Below are positions 27,773 to 38,617 of a stretch of DNA of 64,000 bases, piece after piece. The position numbers and the translations under genes were made by a program. The notes beneath the pieces are model-generated. The model saw nothing but the letters and a program-made list of their open reading frames with translations. It was not told the DNA's origin and did no database searches. Source of the stretch: a virus; IMG/VR virus record IMGVR_UViG_3300025012_000043, positions 48,590 through 112,589 of that record; one strand, given 5' to 3'. Each line of letters begins with the position of its first letter. Positions within the stretch are counted from its first letter, which is position 1.

Positions 27773-28244
27773 TCAATTTGGGATTACTTCTTCTCCTTCT
27801 TCCTCGCTCTCATATTGATCCTTTAGTATATCCATAATAAGATATTCAATAAACATTTCTACTTCATCCTTTGCCTTCACACTAAGCTGTACATTTAAAT
27901 TCCCAATTGCCTCCTTAACCAGTGCGTCCCGGATTTCCTCATATCTTGGGAAAAGATATTCGGCTATTTGTGCTTCCTGTTCATCTGTCAATCCTGGTAA
28001 TGCATCATATTCTTCATCAGTCATATTACTCTCCCTCTCCTTCTTCTGATGTCTCTTCTTCTATATCCCCTGAATCAATCTCAAACGCAATATAGGTTTT
28101 ACCACTCTCCTCGTCTACAATAATCTGTGCCTCTGGTCCCTCCTCATTAGCCTCCTCTGTAGGCTCTTCCTCTGAAGCCACTACCGGAACTGGCTCACCT
28201 GGGTCTATCGCAGTTTCAAACTTGTCATCATCACTAGGCATCAA
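27773..28244 (-). CDS. Two small highly acidic proteins (27773-28024, 28026-28244)
   Basis: Glu/Asp-rich ORFs with SD sequences. Confidence 0.6.
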
Positions 28245-30091
28245 TTACTACCTCCATTCGCTTGTTCAACAAGCTTATTAAACTCCTCTTCTGAATATAT
28301 CGCAACATCTTTGTGTGTTGACAACTGTCTAACAGTATTTACTATAGCACTATTACCAAATTTGCCATAAATAAATCCAGTAATATATGGAGCAAACTGT
28401 GAAACAACCCTACCGCCATATTTATTTATAATGTTTTCATATTTAATTCTATCTCTATCATAGAGTAAACCATCGATAAAAAAGGTTTTATTATATAGTG
28501 GATGGTCAAGGGATTGCTTGAAATATTTAAACATTGTTCGGACAAATTGAATTTTATTGGTCTCCATAAATCCTAAAAGTTTACTGATGGTGATACTATC
28601 AAACCCAATACGTGATAATGTTGTATCGGTAAAAATGTGCTTGGTAATTAAATTTATATACATACTATTAAAATTTTTCATGATCTCGTTGCATTCTTTG
28701 ATATTTAAAAATGGAATAATGATATTTAAAAATTCACCAGGCATCTCTCTACTTTTTTGAACTCCCTCAAATATTAATTTGTATTCATTATCCACTATCT
28801 CTATTGAATCTATGACTGTATAAATATCATTTAAGTTAATTATATCATGTCTGTGTAAAAAATCGGCCATCACATATTTATCAACTGTCGGACAAAATTT
28901 GTCAATCCACACCTGAATACTATTTAATACGACTGTTGGGCACCTAGGATTAATACAATATATATTGCCATTACTAATATCAACACTATGCTTACATTTT
29001 GGACACGAAGATGTGATGAAGGGTGTTTTATTACTCCCATACTTTTTGTCTAAAACCAACACATCATTTACATTTGTACCAGTAAACATATCACCAACAC
29101 AATAATTACCAATATCCTTAGTAGTAAAATTGGGGAAAGTTTTGTAAAGTGTATAATTTGATTTATCTATTGTTACATATTGGTCTTTAGTATCAAACTC
29201 ACCACCAAAATTAAATGCAACTACTGGTATGATACGTACTTTACCACCATCAATCATCGTATCCCATGAGATATTAAGAACCGCCAGCAAATTATTGGCC
29301 CCTATATTAGTGGTTACACCCCATTGGTTCAATGTTTTCATAGATAAAAGTTGAATCATTTCCATACTACTATATGATGTCAATATCTTATTACATTTGT
29401 ATGGTAAATTGCCACCGCCAATCATTAACTTAGCACTTTCTATAGTACGCGTCCATTTGGGTATTGTCGTATTCAGCATAGTCGCTGTCTTAAACCCAAC
29501 ATTTCTAAATGTCTCAAATAGATCATCAATAGTATCTGCCACGGACTGAGTAAAAGAAGCATAGGTAACAATAAAATCACATTCTAATATCCGTTCATCT
29601 GGAATTGGTGAAGTAAGTAATTTATACAATTCGAGCTCTGGTAATTTAGACAAAATCGCCCCGTGGATATACCCATCAGCAGCTACCATCCGTCCAAGGG
29701 GCATATTATTCAAAAAATAAATGTTATGTGTTATATCTACATACAAACCCAGACTAACAACCCACAATGCACTAACTATTTGTTTATTCCTAATCTCTAA
29801 TCGTATGTTTGGCACATCAGGTAAAAATATTACAGACAAATAATCTGAATATTTACCAGATAATTTATAATTGATGGTTGACCAATCCGATAACTCAGTA
29901 ATATTATTAATATCATTAAATATATTACTATGTTCCATCTTGCCTTCTGGCAATACAAACTTTTCACCCCTAGCTAAATAATGATTGGGCAAAACGCTTG
30001 CTAATTTATCAACATCCTCAGTTTTAACAATATCATACAATTCTTTATTTGTCATAGAACCCTCCATAAATTTGTCCGCAAAGTTTCTCAA
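28241..30091 (-). CDS. Catalytically degenerate NAD-dependent DNA ligase (LigA) homologue
   Basis: Colinear with LigA: DIT.NI, LPY, OB fold (I.PV, .VGD), C4 finger CPKC...YCINPRCP, BRCT (PLYNKTF...YGGRV). Motifs I, III and IV are eroded. Confidence 0.75.
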   Translation of the reverse strand: MRNFADKFMEGSMTNKELYDIVKTEDVDKLASVLPNHYLARGEKFVLPEGKMEHSNIFNDINNITELSDWSTINYKLSGKYSDYLSVIFLPDVPNIRLEIRNKQIVSALWVVSLGLYVDITHNIYFLNNMPLGRMVAADGYIHGAILSKLPELELYKLLTSPIPDERILECDFIVTYASFTQSVADTIDDLFETFRNVGFKTATMLNTTIPKWTRTIESAKLMIGGGNLPYKCNKILTSYSSMEMIQLLSMKTLNQWGVTTNIGANNLLAVLNISWDTMIDGGKVRIIPVVAFNFGGEFDTKDQYVTIDKSNYTLYKTFPNFTTKDIGNYCVGDMFTGTNVNDVLVLDKKYGSNKTPFITSSCPKCKHSVDISNGNIYCINPRCPTVVLNSIQVWIDKFCPTVDKYVMADFLHRHDIINLNDIYTVIDSIEIVDNEYKLIFEGVQKSREMPGEFLNIIIPFLNIKECNEIMKNFNSMYINLITKHIFTDTTLSRIGFDSITISKLLGFMETNKIQFVRTMFKYFKQSLDHPLYNKTFFIDGLLYDRDRIKYENIINKYGGRVVSQFAPYITGFIYGKFGNSAIVNTVRQLSTHKDVAIYSEEEFNKLVEQANGGSN

Positions 30092-31034
30092 TTTTAACTC
30101 TAAACTGTGGCGTATATGAATTACTTCTATTTAATAAATTAATATACAAATCATATACAGACATAGTGTCTAACATTTTAGATAACACCTTATAGTATAA
30201 AGGGTCAATAGTTTTAAATGCCACTCTCACTATACTGGTGATCTTATCATTTGGCCGTTCTTGTAACATTTTAATATGAATATCTGTAACTATTTCGTAT
30301 AATTTCCTCATCTCCATATCAACAACAAAATCTAATAATATGTCATTACGTTTTTGGTTTAATTGATTAACTCCTGCAAATGGTATGTCATCACCATTCA
30401 ATATCGCACATTTATCAATATCTGAATACCATATAGCCGGATATGCAACAATAGAGGACCGCTTGATAGTTTTGTGATCCAACATACCAATCTCACTATT
30501 CAATATGGCTACTGCTTTCTTAATCATCCCAACCTGTGTCTTTATTGGCTCACCATGTGTATATACCATTCTCATTATTCTGGTCTGATCGCACATCAAG
30601 ATATTTACTATATTAGCTTCGGTGTCTTTATTAATTATACCACTTAATATATATTCATTTGGTAAAAATGTGTACTTTTCTGGGACCATACACCTAATAA
30701 TACCATTAACATATAATATATATATATTTTCAGTATATTTACTAAATATATCATTTAAGCACCTTACTGCAAGATCATTAGATAATGATGTTAACAAGGA
30801 ATAAGTGGTAGGTCGATGAGTAAAAAGACGAGAGATGATGGGGAGTAAATAAGGGGGGACATTAAATTGAAGTTTTCTTTGTTCAGTTTTACCACCAATA
30901 TTAAAATATCCGATCGTAATATCAACCTTATCAAATGATATGAAATTAACATATACTGGGGGGACCAGTAATTCACTAAGCCCCCCAACCTTAGCATATT
31001 TAATCGCTTCCCGTAGAGATGTAAATTCAGCCAT
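30045..31034 (-). CDS. Divergent DUF932/DUF945-like protein
   Basis: Y..LPNE.IL...VG.....I.NSEIG...SS....P.I pattern; the conserved RLVCxNG is not retained. Confidence 0.45.
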   Translation of the reverse strand: MAEFTSLREAIKYAKVGGLSELLVPPVYVNFISFDKVDITIGYFNIGGKTEQRKLQFNVPPYLLPIISRLFTHRPTTYSLLTSLSNDLAVRCLNDIFSKYTENIYILYVNGIIRCMVPEKYTFLPNEYILSGIINKDTEANIVNILMCDQTRIMRMVYTHGEPIKTQVGMIKKAVAILNSEIGMLDHKTIKRSSIVAYPAIWYSDIDKCAILNGDDIPFAGVNQLNQKRNDILLDFVVDMEMRKLYEIVTDIHIKMLQERPNDKITSIVRVAFKTIDPLYYKVLSKMLDTMSVYDLYINLLNRSNSYTPQFRVKIEKLCGQIYGGFYDK

Positions 31035-31139
31035 AAATTTTTATGGACATTAGGTATTAGACACCTCTCTAATTTGGGTTTCTTAAGCCTTAGTTAATTT
31101 AAGCTTTAATTGTGTTTGAATCATTTATTATTTTATCGT
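31029..31139 (-). pseudogene. Miniature internally deleted tnpB relic
   Basis: ACGATAAAATAA + MIQTQLKLKLTKA*ETQ (vs tnpB MIQYQRKLKLTKVQEAQ), joined to IREVS..TAATGTCCA (vs IREVA TGATGTCCA). Confidence 0.75.
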
Positions 31140-31152
31140 TATATGGGGATCA

Positions 31153-31608
31153 TCAAATAGTATTTTCAAGACAAAATATGCTACCTAATGTTGCTTTTCT
31201 ATTTGGTCTATACATATAATTCAATTTTAAATAAAATTGAAACCAATCTTTTCCAAAATTGGCACCAGCCCATTTGTCTTTATGAAGCAAATTTGGATAG
31301 GTTAAAACTGCCCAATACAAAGCAGAATCAGACAATGTATTATTTTCATATTTGGCCTTATACCCAAATTCATGTGCACGACCAAGCCATTTAGCTAAAT
31401 TATAAACCCCATTTTGTTTAAACACCTCACATATAATATAAAACTTATGTGAATTTACCCTATGTGAGGCAGGTCCACCACAACATCCCCATGTCTTAAT
31501 CCATGATTTCATATTAATTTTCTTTATTAAATTTCTCATAGCGGGATCTACAAATTTATAATCAATATTATCTGGTGGCATAACTATAGTACCATATGAT
31601 TTCATCAT
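31153..31608 (-). CDS. TYW3-like-motif phage protein
   Basis: VDP....LI..IN....I.T..CC.G motif. Confidence 0.4.
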   Translation of the reverse strand: MMKSYGTIVMPPDNIDYKFVDPAMRNLIKKINMKSWIKTWGCCGGPASHRVNSHKFYIICEVFKQNGVYNLAKWLGRAHEFGYKAKYENNTLSDSALYWAVLTYPNLLHKDKWAGANFGKDWFQFYLKLNYMYRPNRKATLGSIFCLENTI

Positions 31609-33350
31609 CGTTGTGGTTGGTGAGTATAAAAATTACTCATGGCATCACGAATTTTACTCAATTTATTATATAATTGATTCTTATGTACTTCTATCCCAGC
31701 ATTATTTAACATAAATATTGTATCATGCATGGCACATCTTAATGGATATATCGTACTATTTTTACCTGTGTCTATCCGTATAATCCTGCCCATATCTCCC
31801 CTCCAATACCTGGCATTCATTTAGCTGCTCCTTTATATCTTCTTTCCTACGAAAATCAGAAGCTTTATTATTTTCCTTCTTTTCTTTGCCTACATTATTC
31901 ATCACGCGTAGCCGATGATGGATATATAACCCATATATATTATCTTCAAGATGCTTTATTTCTTTATATAAGCCGCGATAACGAGTCATCAAATGATAAT
32001 TATCATTTCTAAAAAGGGCATAACAATTTAATATATTCATCCACATCTCATATAAATGATGCCACGTATCTTTACCCTCGTGCATTAAACATCATCCTTC
32101 TATATAATTTTTCCAAAGCAATCACAACCTCCTCATCATCAAGCTCCTTAGCCATAATCCACTGCATAACAATTTGGAGATTAACTGGGTCAATATCTCC
32201 CTTGGGGAAAAAAGTATTTGCTAAGAAATCAGCAGTATCTTCAATTGATTCTGGTGCAATCAAAAATTTCGGTGGAATAGCCATATTATTTCCTCCTTCT
32301 ATCTAATTCAAACTGCATGTCTCTATATTTATATGCATTTATTTCCCGGTCTTCAATTATCATTGATATATTATGTACAATTATAGAAATATGATATCTA
32401 ATAGATAAAGGATTACGAAGATCACCAACTGTTATACCACAACATATACCATAAGTGAACCATAATCGCTGCCTAATATCACGTAATGCAATTAAGTTAC
32501 TATAACGTTTAATATAGGGATTACGACGATCAACAATAGGCATATCTATTTTAGTCCTTCTTCAATCACTTTATATAAATTATCTTCTAACATAAATATT
32601 TTACCACTTACCCCCTCTATTTTCCTATCTATAAAAGAGCTAACAATAATGATATTCTGATATCGATCATCTCGCACAATAACGCAGTTATTTGTATAAT
32701 TGTACGCATCATTTAAAAGATCTCTGATATCAGATAGACGATCAATAGCATCGAAAATTGTCAAACTAGTTTTATTAATTTGATCACAAAAAACACTTTG
32801 TTTATACATTATCTCCACCTCGACCAGTAAACTTCCCAACAATAAGATTTTAATTGAGATATCCTTATTCTTAATCCCTTGCTTAGTGGTATATCTGTAC
32901 TGATTGATATTGATTTTTTTATATAAATAATTATATTATATAATATATCAGCCTTATGATAAAACATGATAGTTTATTGCCTTATTGACATCATATGTAA
33001 TATGTATTACATAATTTTTAATACTATGTATTCGTTTAAATATATGATCTGGATACCCGACATTACTGTCATATAAGTAAATTATTGCATTCCCTAATAA
33101 TCTTCTAATTTGTAAACCGACATCTTTATTAGAGCCCATATTAGAATCCATTATCACCATCCCACCCATACCAATAATAATCATTAAATTTTACCTCTAA
33201 CGCTAAGATTTTATCATACAACCTATCACTAATTATTATCCCTATATTGTCAGTGGTATCTCCAAGTAGGGTTATTATTTGTGCTGTGTATATATTATGT
33301 GCTAGTGATTTCATCCTCTTTCGCTTTTTCAAGACCGCCCCCATTTTCAA
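31605..33350 (-). other. Second cluster of small ORFs, several matching the helical-hairpin family
   Basis: 32286 ALRDIRQRLWFT, 32546 RLSDIRDLLNDA, 32954 GLQIRRLLGNA, 33141 RMKSLAHNIYTA, each with an IxxxIxxL second helix. Confidence 0.5.
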
Positions 33351-33916
33351 TAATCACCTTGCGCAATTGATCTACTATAGTTTGTGGGAGGATTATTTCA
33401 CCAGATATACTGGCATGATATGCATTTATATAATTCTTTAGTATTTCCTGTTGTTTCTGTTGAATTCTATAACGTCTAACCCGGATCGATACCTGATAAC
33501 GATTGAACTCAATTTCACAGGATTCGCATCGGGCCTTCTTTGGGACCGTATCTGGCATCAAGTGTTCAAGCGGGGGTACTATAAAATACTCTTGATGATT
33601 TTTGGCCTTATTGATATTTCCTATTACATCCTTCCACCCATTACACTTACTAAATATCTTGGGGTCAAGAATGTCACGGTTCATTTGATTCTTGTTCCCA
33701 TCTCCTTTTTGCCAGTTTCGCCCATTTCTCAGCCTTTATGACAAATTGATCTATAGATGGGTGGCAAATTGATTGATTCTCTGGTAATCCCTCCAATACC
33801 TCGACAATTGCATTATGTGCGATCGTTGCATGATAATTTGCTTTACTATTAACTGGTATAAGACTAATGTTATTAAGTGCCATCATCGTACGATAATATG
33901 CAGTAGATTTTCTCAT
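33295..33916 (-). CDS. Two hypothetical proteins (33295-33684, 33674-33916)
   Basis: Packed ORFs downstream of the sigma-like gene. Confidence 0.5.
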
Positions 33917-33917
33917 T

Positions 33918-34667
33918 TTATTTTTGCCCTATAAATTTATTAGCGAGACTAGTTAATTGAGCAAATATGATACCAATTCTTGCAGATGATACTCCCCAAT
34001 ATGCTCCTACCTTCTTGTTAATGTTTATGCACCCGGAGCGCCATTTACCTCTACGAAATTCAAAATCAGATATACTGCCACTACAAGTACCACCACATGT
34101 AATACATGGCCCAGTATCTTTCCCACATAGTATATTAAATAAATCAACGGCCTTCTTGGCTTTTTGTTTCCCTAAAAATTCTCTAAATTTCTCAACTTCA
34201 AGTTTAGACTCAACTATTTTATCTGTACCCGATTGTCGTGCTGTTCCAGATAAAACCTCTTCTCCAAATACTGTTGTATATTCAATTGGACCATGACATT
34301 TAGGACATTTATCATATTTCTTTACCGCCCATATCTTACATGAACAATGGGGGAGTAAATTACGATTACAAATTTTTCTTATGTAGTCCTGAACACTCTT
34401 TACACCACCATCTAATAGATATCCTAAACAAGGACTTGTACCAGTACCTTCTTTGAAAGTCTTGACTTTCTTGAGACGTTTTACAACCCCGACCATGAAT
34501 TCCTGCCGAATATCATCCGTGGTACAAAATGAAAGTAAGGATGGGGGAAATTTTACTGGTAAACCGCGTTTATTGATTTGATCATAAACTTCTTGGAATA
34601 ATTTTTCCTTGTCATCATTAGACGGCTCAGAGATAGATATGTTAGACATAGATATACCCATTACCAC
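33918..34667 (-). CDS. Phage sigma70-family-like factor with Zn-ribbon insertions
   Basis: Region 2-like DDIRQEFMVGV...YL......VQDYIRK; region 4 HTH KVGAYWGVSSARIG; two Cys clusters. Confidence 0.65.
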   Translation of the reverse strand: MVMGISMSNISISEPSNDDKEKLFQEVYDQINKRGLPVKFPPSLLSFCTTDDIRQEFMVGVVKRLKKVKTFKEGTGTSPCLGYLLDGGVKSVQDYIRKICNRNLLPHCSCKIWAVKKYDKCPKCHGPIEYTTVFGEEVLSGTARQSGTDKIVESKLEVEKFREFLGKQKAKKAVDLFNILCGKDTGPCITCGGTCSGSISDFEFRRGKWRSGCININKKVGAYWGVSSARIGIIFAQLTSLANKFIGQK

Positions 34668-35380
34668 CTACCTTTCCGGGTTGTGGACTGATAATAGCCT
34701 ACTTTTTGGGTTTAAGTAATTCTTCTTTGGTCGCTGTCGCTATCTCTTCTACTTTGTCCTTGAGGGTCTTACGTGTAGACTCTAAATCACCGATTACTTC
34801 CTCAAATGCGTCATCAAGTTGTTTCTGATATTCGATTTTAGGATCTACCTTAACTGTGGGCATAATAACCTCCGTAGTGAGTATTTATGTAACTCAAACA
34901 AACAATACTAATGAGCAATTTGCCACATATTATTATGCCAATACAAAGACTTAGTTGCCCCAGTTTTTATGTTAAGTATGTCCACACGTACCCATTTGGC
35001 ATACTTCGTGCGCCATGATCTAGTTATTATATACCCCGATTTCCTTCTTCTATCTAACACTTCCTCTTGCTTTTGCGTTAGTTTTACTTTCTTCCAATCA
35101 TCAATTTTTATCTCTAAATATTGTCTCCTCGTATACATATTGGATTGCCGCATCTAAAGACATTGATTGCCTATTAGTTGGATTGGTGATTTCGTATACT
35201 GAATACCAATCATCAGCACCAAGCTCAATAGTATAACTCTTATTACCCCTAACGGATACGAAATTATCTGGGTGTTTTGATAAATAATTTAATAATATCT
35301 TTTCATATTCAGTCCGGGTAAAAATAGTAACTTCCTGGGTTGCTCCGCCTAAATAATTATCTAATACAAGTTGCATACCC

Positions 35381-35764
35381 TCATTTCTCCTCATTTAATT
35401 TAATTGTGTACATCTTTCCACCATTTGAATACACTATATCCTTAATACCACAATCACGGGCCAGTTGCAAACAACCTTTACATGGCCTAGCATTCTTTAG
35501 ACCAGCCCTAATAGACAAAAGTGTTGCGCCCTTAGTATGTGATGCCCAGTTTAAGGCCCTCATCTCTGCATGAGCCTTATCCTTAATTTTACCATAAGAA
35601 GAGGGCATGGGACAAGTTTTCCCTTGAACATTGGTGGCAATTGACAGAAAAGATCGCCCTATGACCATAGCTACATGCTTATATCTAATATGATCTGAAT
35701 TGATAGTATATGCCTCAGCACGCTTCACAAAAGCCGAAATACGTTTACTCGGTTTGTCTTCCAT
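35381..35764 (-). CDS. Zn-dependent cytidine/dCMP-deaminase-fold protein
   Basis: HVA, N, HAEMRAL, ARPCKGC, GIK.IVYS. Confidence 0.8.
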   Translation of the reverse strand: MEDKPSKRISAFVKRAEAYTINSDHIRYKHVAMVIGRSFLSIATNVQGKTCPMPSSYGKIKDKAHAEMRALNWASHTKGATLLSIRAGLKNARPCKGCLQLARDCGIKDIVYSNGGKMYTIKLNEEK

Positions 35765-36396
35765 AACTATTTTATCGCAAGATAAGTATTTATGTAATAT
35801 TTCATCCTTCCAATTGTTTCCTCAACAATAGTACAATGCAGTAATCCTTCCCCACTAATTGAAACAAATGCAGTACTATTACACTTGCCATGGTCTGAAC
35901 CACCGACTAATTTAGATTTTTTATACCCAGGCCCATGTTGAAATACTTTAATTAAATCTTCCGCTAAGTCCTTAATTGATAATAACGCAAATATTTCACT
36001 GCCCAACATTCGCCTCCCTAGAGTATTTGTTAATCTGAGTTGCTTCTCCACACATATTTAATAATAATTTGTGCAATGTTGTGACATAAATTGTCATATA
36101 TGACAAAATAATTGATACATTATACGTTGAAAATGTATTTATGTCATTCAAAAAGTCATTAAATATCAATACTCGTGTTATAAAATTCTCTAATAAGTCT
36201 ATCTCTAATTTTGTCTTACCAATCAACTTTACACCCTTTCATTTTATGGTCTGCATATACTGCGCCATAAAAATATATAAAAATATAATATAGTTCTCTA
36301 CTAATAAACCAATGTCGCGATATGTTATTTAAAGTAGGATCGACACAATGACCAGCAAATACTCTAGCGTGACCAGCAATCCAAATTAATTCTGAA

Positions 36397-36585
36397 TTAG
36401 TTAGTGGTCGTTGTAATCCAGGCTCCTCCATCGGCATCAATGTCAACCCCTTGTATATTGTGTGTAATTTTTAGATGTTCCAATAGACAGTCTAAATCTG
36501 GGAATGAAACTAACCGTTCACACGAATTACATACCCATTCCGTACCATGTAATTTTCTAAACCCAATCATTTCAAGCTGTGTCAT
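36397..36585 (-). CDS. Small C2H2-type Zn-finger protein
   Basis: WVCNSC...EHLKITHNI. Confidence 0.55.
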   Translation of the reverse strand: MTQLEMIGFRKLHGTEWVCNSCERLVSFPDLDCLLEHLKITHNIQGVDIDADGGAWITTTTN

Positions 36586-36854
36586 ACTTTATTAGTAATT
36601 TTGCCATCAGCATCAGCAATAACCCTAATAAATTTATTCTGGACAAGCTCCCCATACTGAGCTTCTGTTAAGAAGTCACCAGGTAGTGGGCTATGCATAT
36701 TTACACATCTAGTGACACGAAATTGGTTGCTGGCTACACCTTTTACTCGTTCTACATATACAGTACGAAAAATAGTCAACTCACCATTTTTAACCATGTA
36801 TTTCTCCTTAGTGTGGTATAAACCTATTGATACACAATAAAATAATATTCATAT

Positions 36855-37343
36855 TTATATTGTAATATTGTTCTCTGTTGAGAAATCCGCTATTAGTCGG
36901 CCCTCCAAATGATGATATTCATGTTGGAAAATCCTAGCCAAAAATCCATTGAGAGGACAATTAGTAGTTCTGTTATTATTTATATCGGTGAATGATACTC
37001 GTATATTTTCATTTCTGGCAATTAATATATTGATACCAGGTACTGACAAACATCCTTCATTAATTATTTTCATAGAAGTATCTTTATGTAAAATAATCGG
37101 GTTAATAAATATCATCTTACGTCCAGCATAATGTATTATAAATATGCGTTTATTGATACCAACCTGTGGAGCAGCCAAACCAACACCAGTAGGGTTCTTT
37201 TCTAGGGTATAATGCATATTTCGTATCATTGTTTTAATTGTTGGTGTTATTTCTTCAACCTCAGTGTTGACTCCTTTTAAAATCTTTAAATCATCAGTAT
37301 TAAACGCATTTAATATTCGTAATTTGTGTGTGTGTAGTTTCAT
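36855..37343 (-). CDS. def: Peptide deformylase
   Basis: GVGLAAPQVG, EGCLS, QHEYHHLEG. Confidence 0.93.
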   Translation of the reverse strand: MKLHTHKLRILNAFNTDDLKILKGVNTEVEEITPTIKTMIRNMHYTLEKNPTGVGLAAPQVGINKRIFIIHYAGRKMIFINPIILHKDTSMKIINEGCLSVPGINILIARNENIRVSFTDINNNRTTNCPLNGFLARIFQHEYHHLEGRLIADFSTENNITI

Positions 37344-37361
37344 ACTACCCTCCTTTATTTA

Positions 37362-37751
37362 TTACTTCTTGATTTTATACTGCCCAGCCTTCAAACGCTG
37401 TGCCTTAACCTCCGTACCTGCCCACGCAGACGCATCCTTCTTGAGTGGAAACCCGCCACATAATACTGATCCATCCTTAGCATAAACAGTCCATCCATCG
37501 TTCTCACTAGCCATTACTCCAGTAGCAGACTCGATGGTGGTTACTACTGCTGCTCCTGTGGTCTCATCAACAGTACTGGCTACTTCGTTCATCTCATCCT
37601 CCTTGGGTTGCCTAGCGGCTTTCGATTCCGCTGGCTCGTGTAGGAAACAATACGGCAACATGTTTTTGAAAATAATATCTGCTGGCGCTTTACATCTAAT
37701 ACACTTATACTTCTTTGGATCAAACTGAATTTCAGTTTCCGTCTTGTTCAA
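37362..37751 (-). CDS. Hypothetical protein with CxxC...CxxH finger
   Basis: CIRC...CFLH. Confidence 0.5.
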   Translation of the reverse strand: MNKTETEIQFDPKKYKCIRCKAPADIIFKNMLPYCFLHEPAESKAARQPKEDEMNEVASTVDETTGAAVVTTIESATGVMASENDGWTVYAKDGSVLCGGFPLKKDASAWAGTEVKAQRLKAGQYKIKK

Positions 37752-38307
37752 TCTTTTTTGCCTCCTTCCTCCCCATCAAATAATTAACAGCCTTTTCTAA
37801 AATTTCAACCGAATCACTAGCATAACCCAAAACGGAATTACACAGTGCACAAAGCAATCCCCTTATTTCTCCTGTAATATGATCATGATCCACACAAAAA
37901 CCACCTAATGGTTTGGGATCATTAGTACCACAAATAGCACAAACATACTCTTGGTCCTTTAACATGTTATCATACTGTTCGATGGTAATACCATAGACAC
38001 GTTTTAGTCTCCATCTTTTACCAGATTTCGCCATAGATTTCTTCCCATTTGGTGATGTCTGGTATTTTTTCTTAGACTTCTGTGTAACCAATTTACCTTT
38101 GGGTGTAGCCTCATATTTTTTCTTCCACTTCTTCATAGATATCTTGCCTATAGGTGTGGCCCTATATTTTTCTGAATTCGCATTCACACAAGGCTTACAT
38201 TGAGATCGTACCCCATCTTTCTTTCGCGCATCCTTATAAAATTCATCTTTAGATTTTTCAACTTTACACTTAGAGCAAATTTTCATTTTTTGCACTATAA
38301 TGCTCAT
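37732..38307 (-). CDS. Free-standing EndoVII-type HNH (homing) endonuclease
   Basis: K.CSKC...F.K......CKPC; basic repeats; YGIT.EQY..ML..Q...CAIC...VDHDH.TG..RGLLC..CN. Confidence 0.85.
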   Translation of the reverse strand: MSIIVQKMKICSKCKVEKSKDEFYKDARKKDGVRSQCKPCVNANSEKYRATPIGKISMKKWKKKYEATPKGKLVTQKSKKKYQTSPNGKKSMAKSGKRWRLKRVYGITIEQYDNMLKDQEYVCAICGTNDPKPLGGFCVDHDHITGEIRGLLCALCNSVLGYASDSVEILEKAVNYLMGRKEAKKIEQDGN

Positions 38308-38614
38308 ACCATCTCTTCCGAGCCACACCTTTAACAATACAGACCTCCTTATATATCTCTCTTATTTTAACATCTGTATCATTATTAATTCGTACCAATA
38401 ACACCATTCTGTTTGTAGTCACCATATTAAAATATTTTGGTACACTGTAAAGGTGTCCTTTAGTACAATCCCACCCATATGCAAATGCAGTATATTGATG
38501 TGTAAACCCCAAATCTTCTAGTAATGCTAGTGTATTGTCGTTGTCTGTTGATGTATATACAAATACATTTGGGTCACCTACTAGCATATAAACAGCATAA
38601 TGTCTTCGCGCCAT
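38270..38614 (-). CDS. Hypothetical protein
   Basis: ORF directly downstream of the VWA gene. Confidence 0.5.
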   Translation of the reverse strand: MARRHYAVYMLVGDPNVFVYTSTDNDNTLALLEDLGFTHQYTAFAYGWDCTKGHLYSVPKYFNMVTTNRMVLLVRINNDTDVKIREIYKEVCIVKGVARKRWYEHYSAKNENLL

Positions 38615-38617
38615 TAG

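Noticed and set aside
29850-29875. YKLSG as ligase motif I (KxDG)
   Set aside because: Spacing to downstream landmarks (SAL, DITHNI) places motif I at IFLPDV, so this Lys is probably not the nucleophile.
16414-33350. Diversity-generating retroelement behind the small paralogue family
   Set aside because: No reverse transcriptase, and no template/variable repeat pair with A-specific mismatches is seen in this window.
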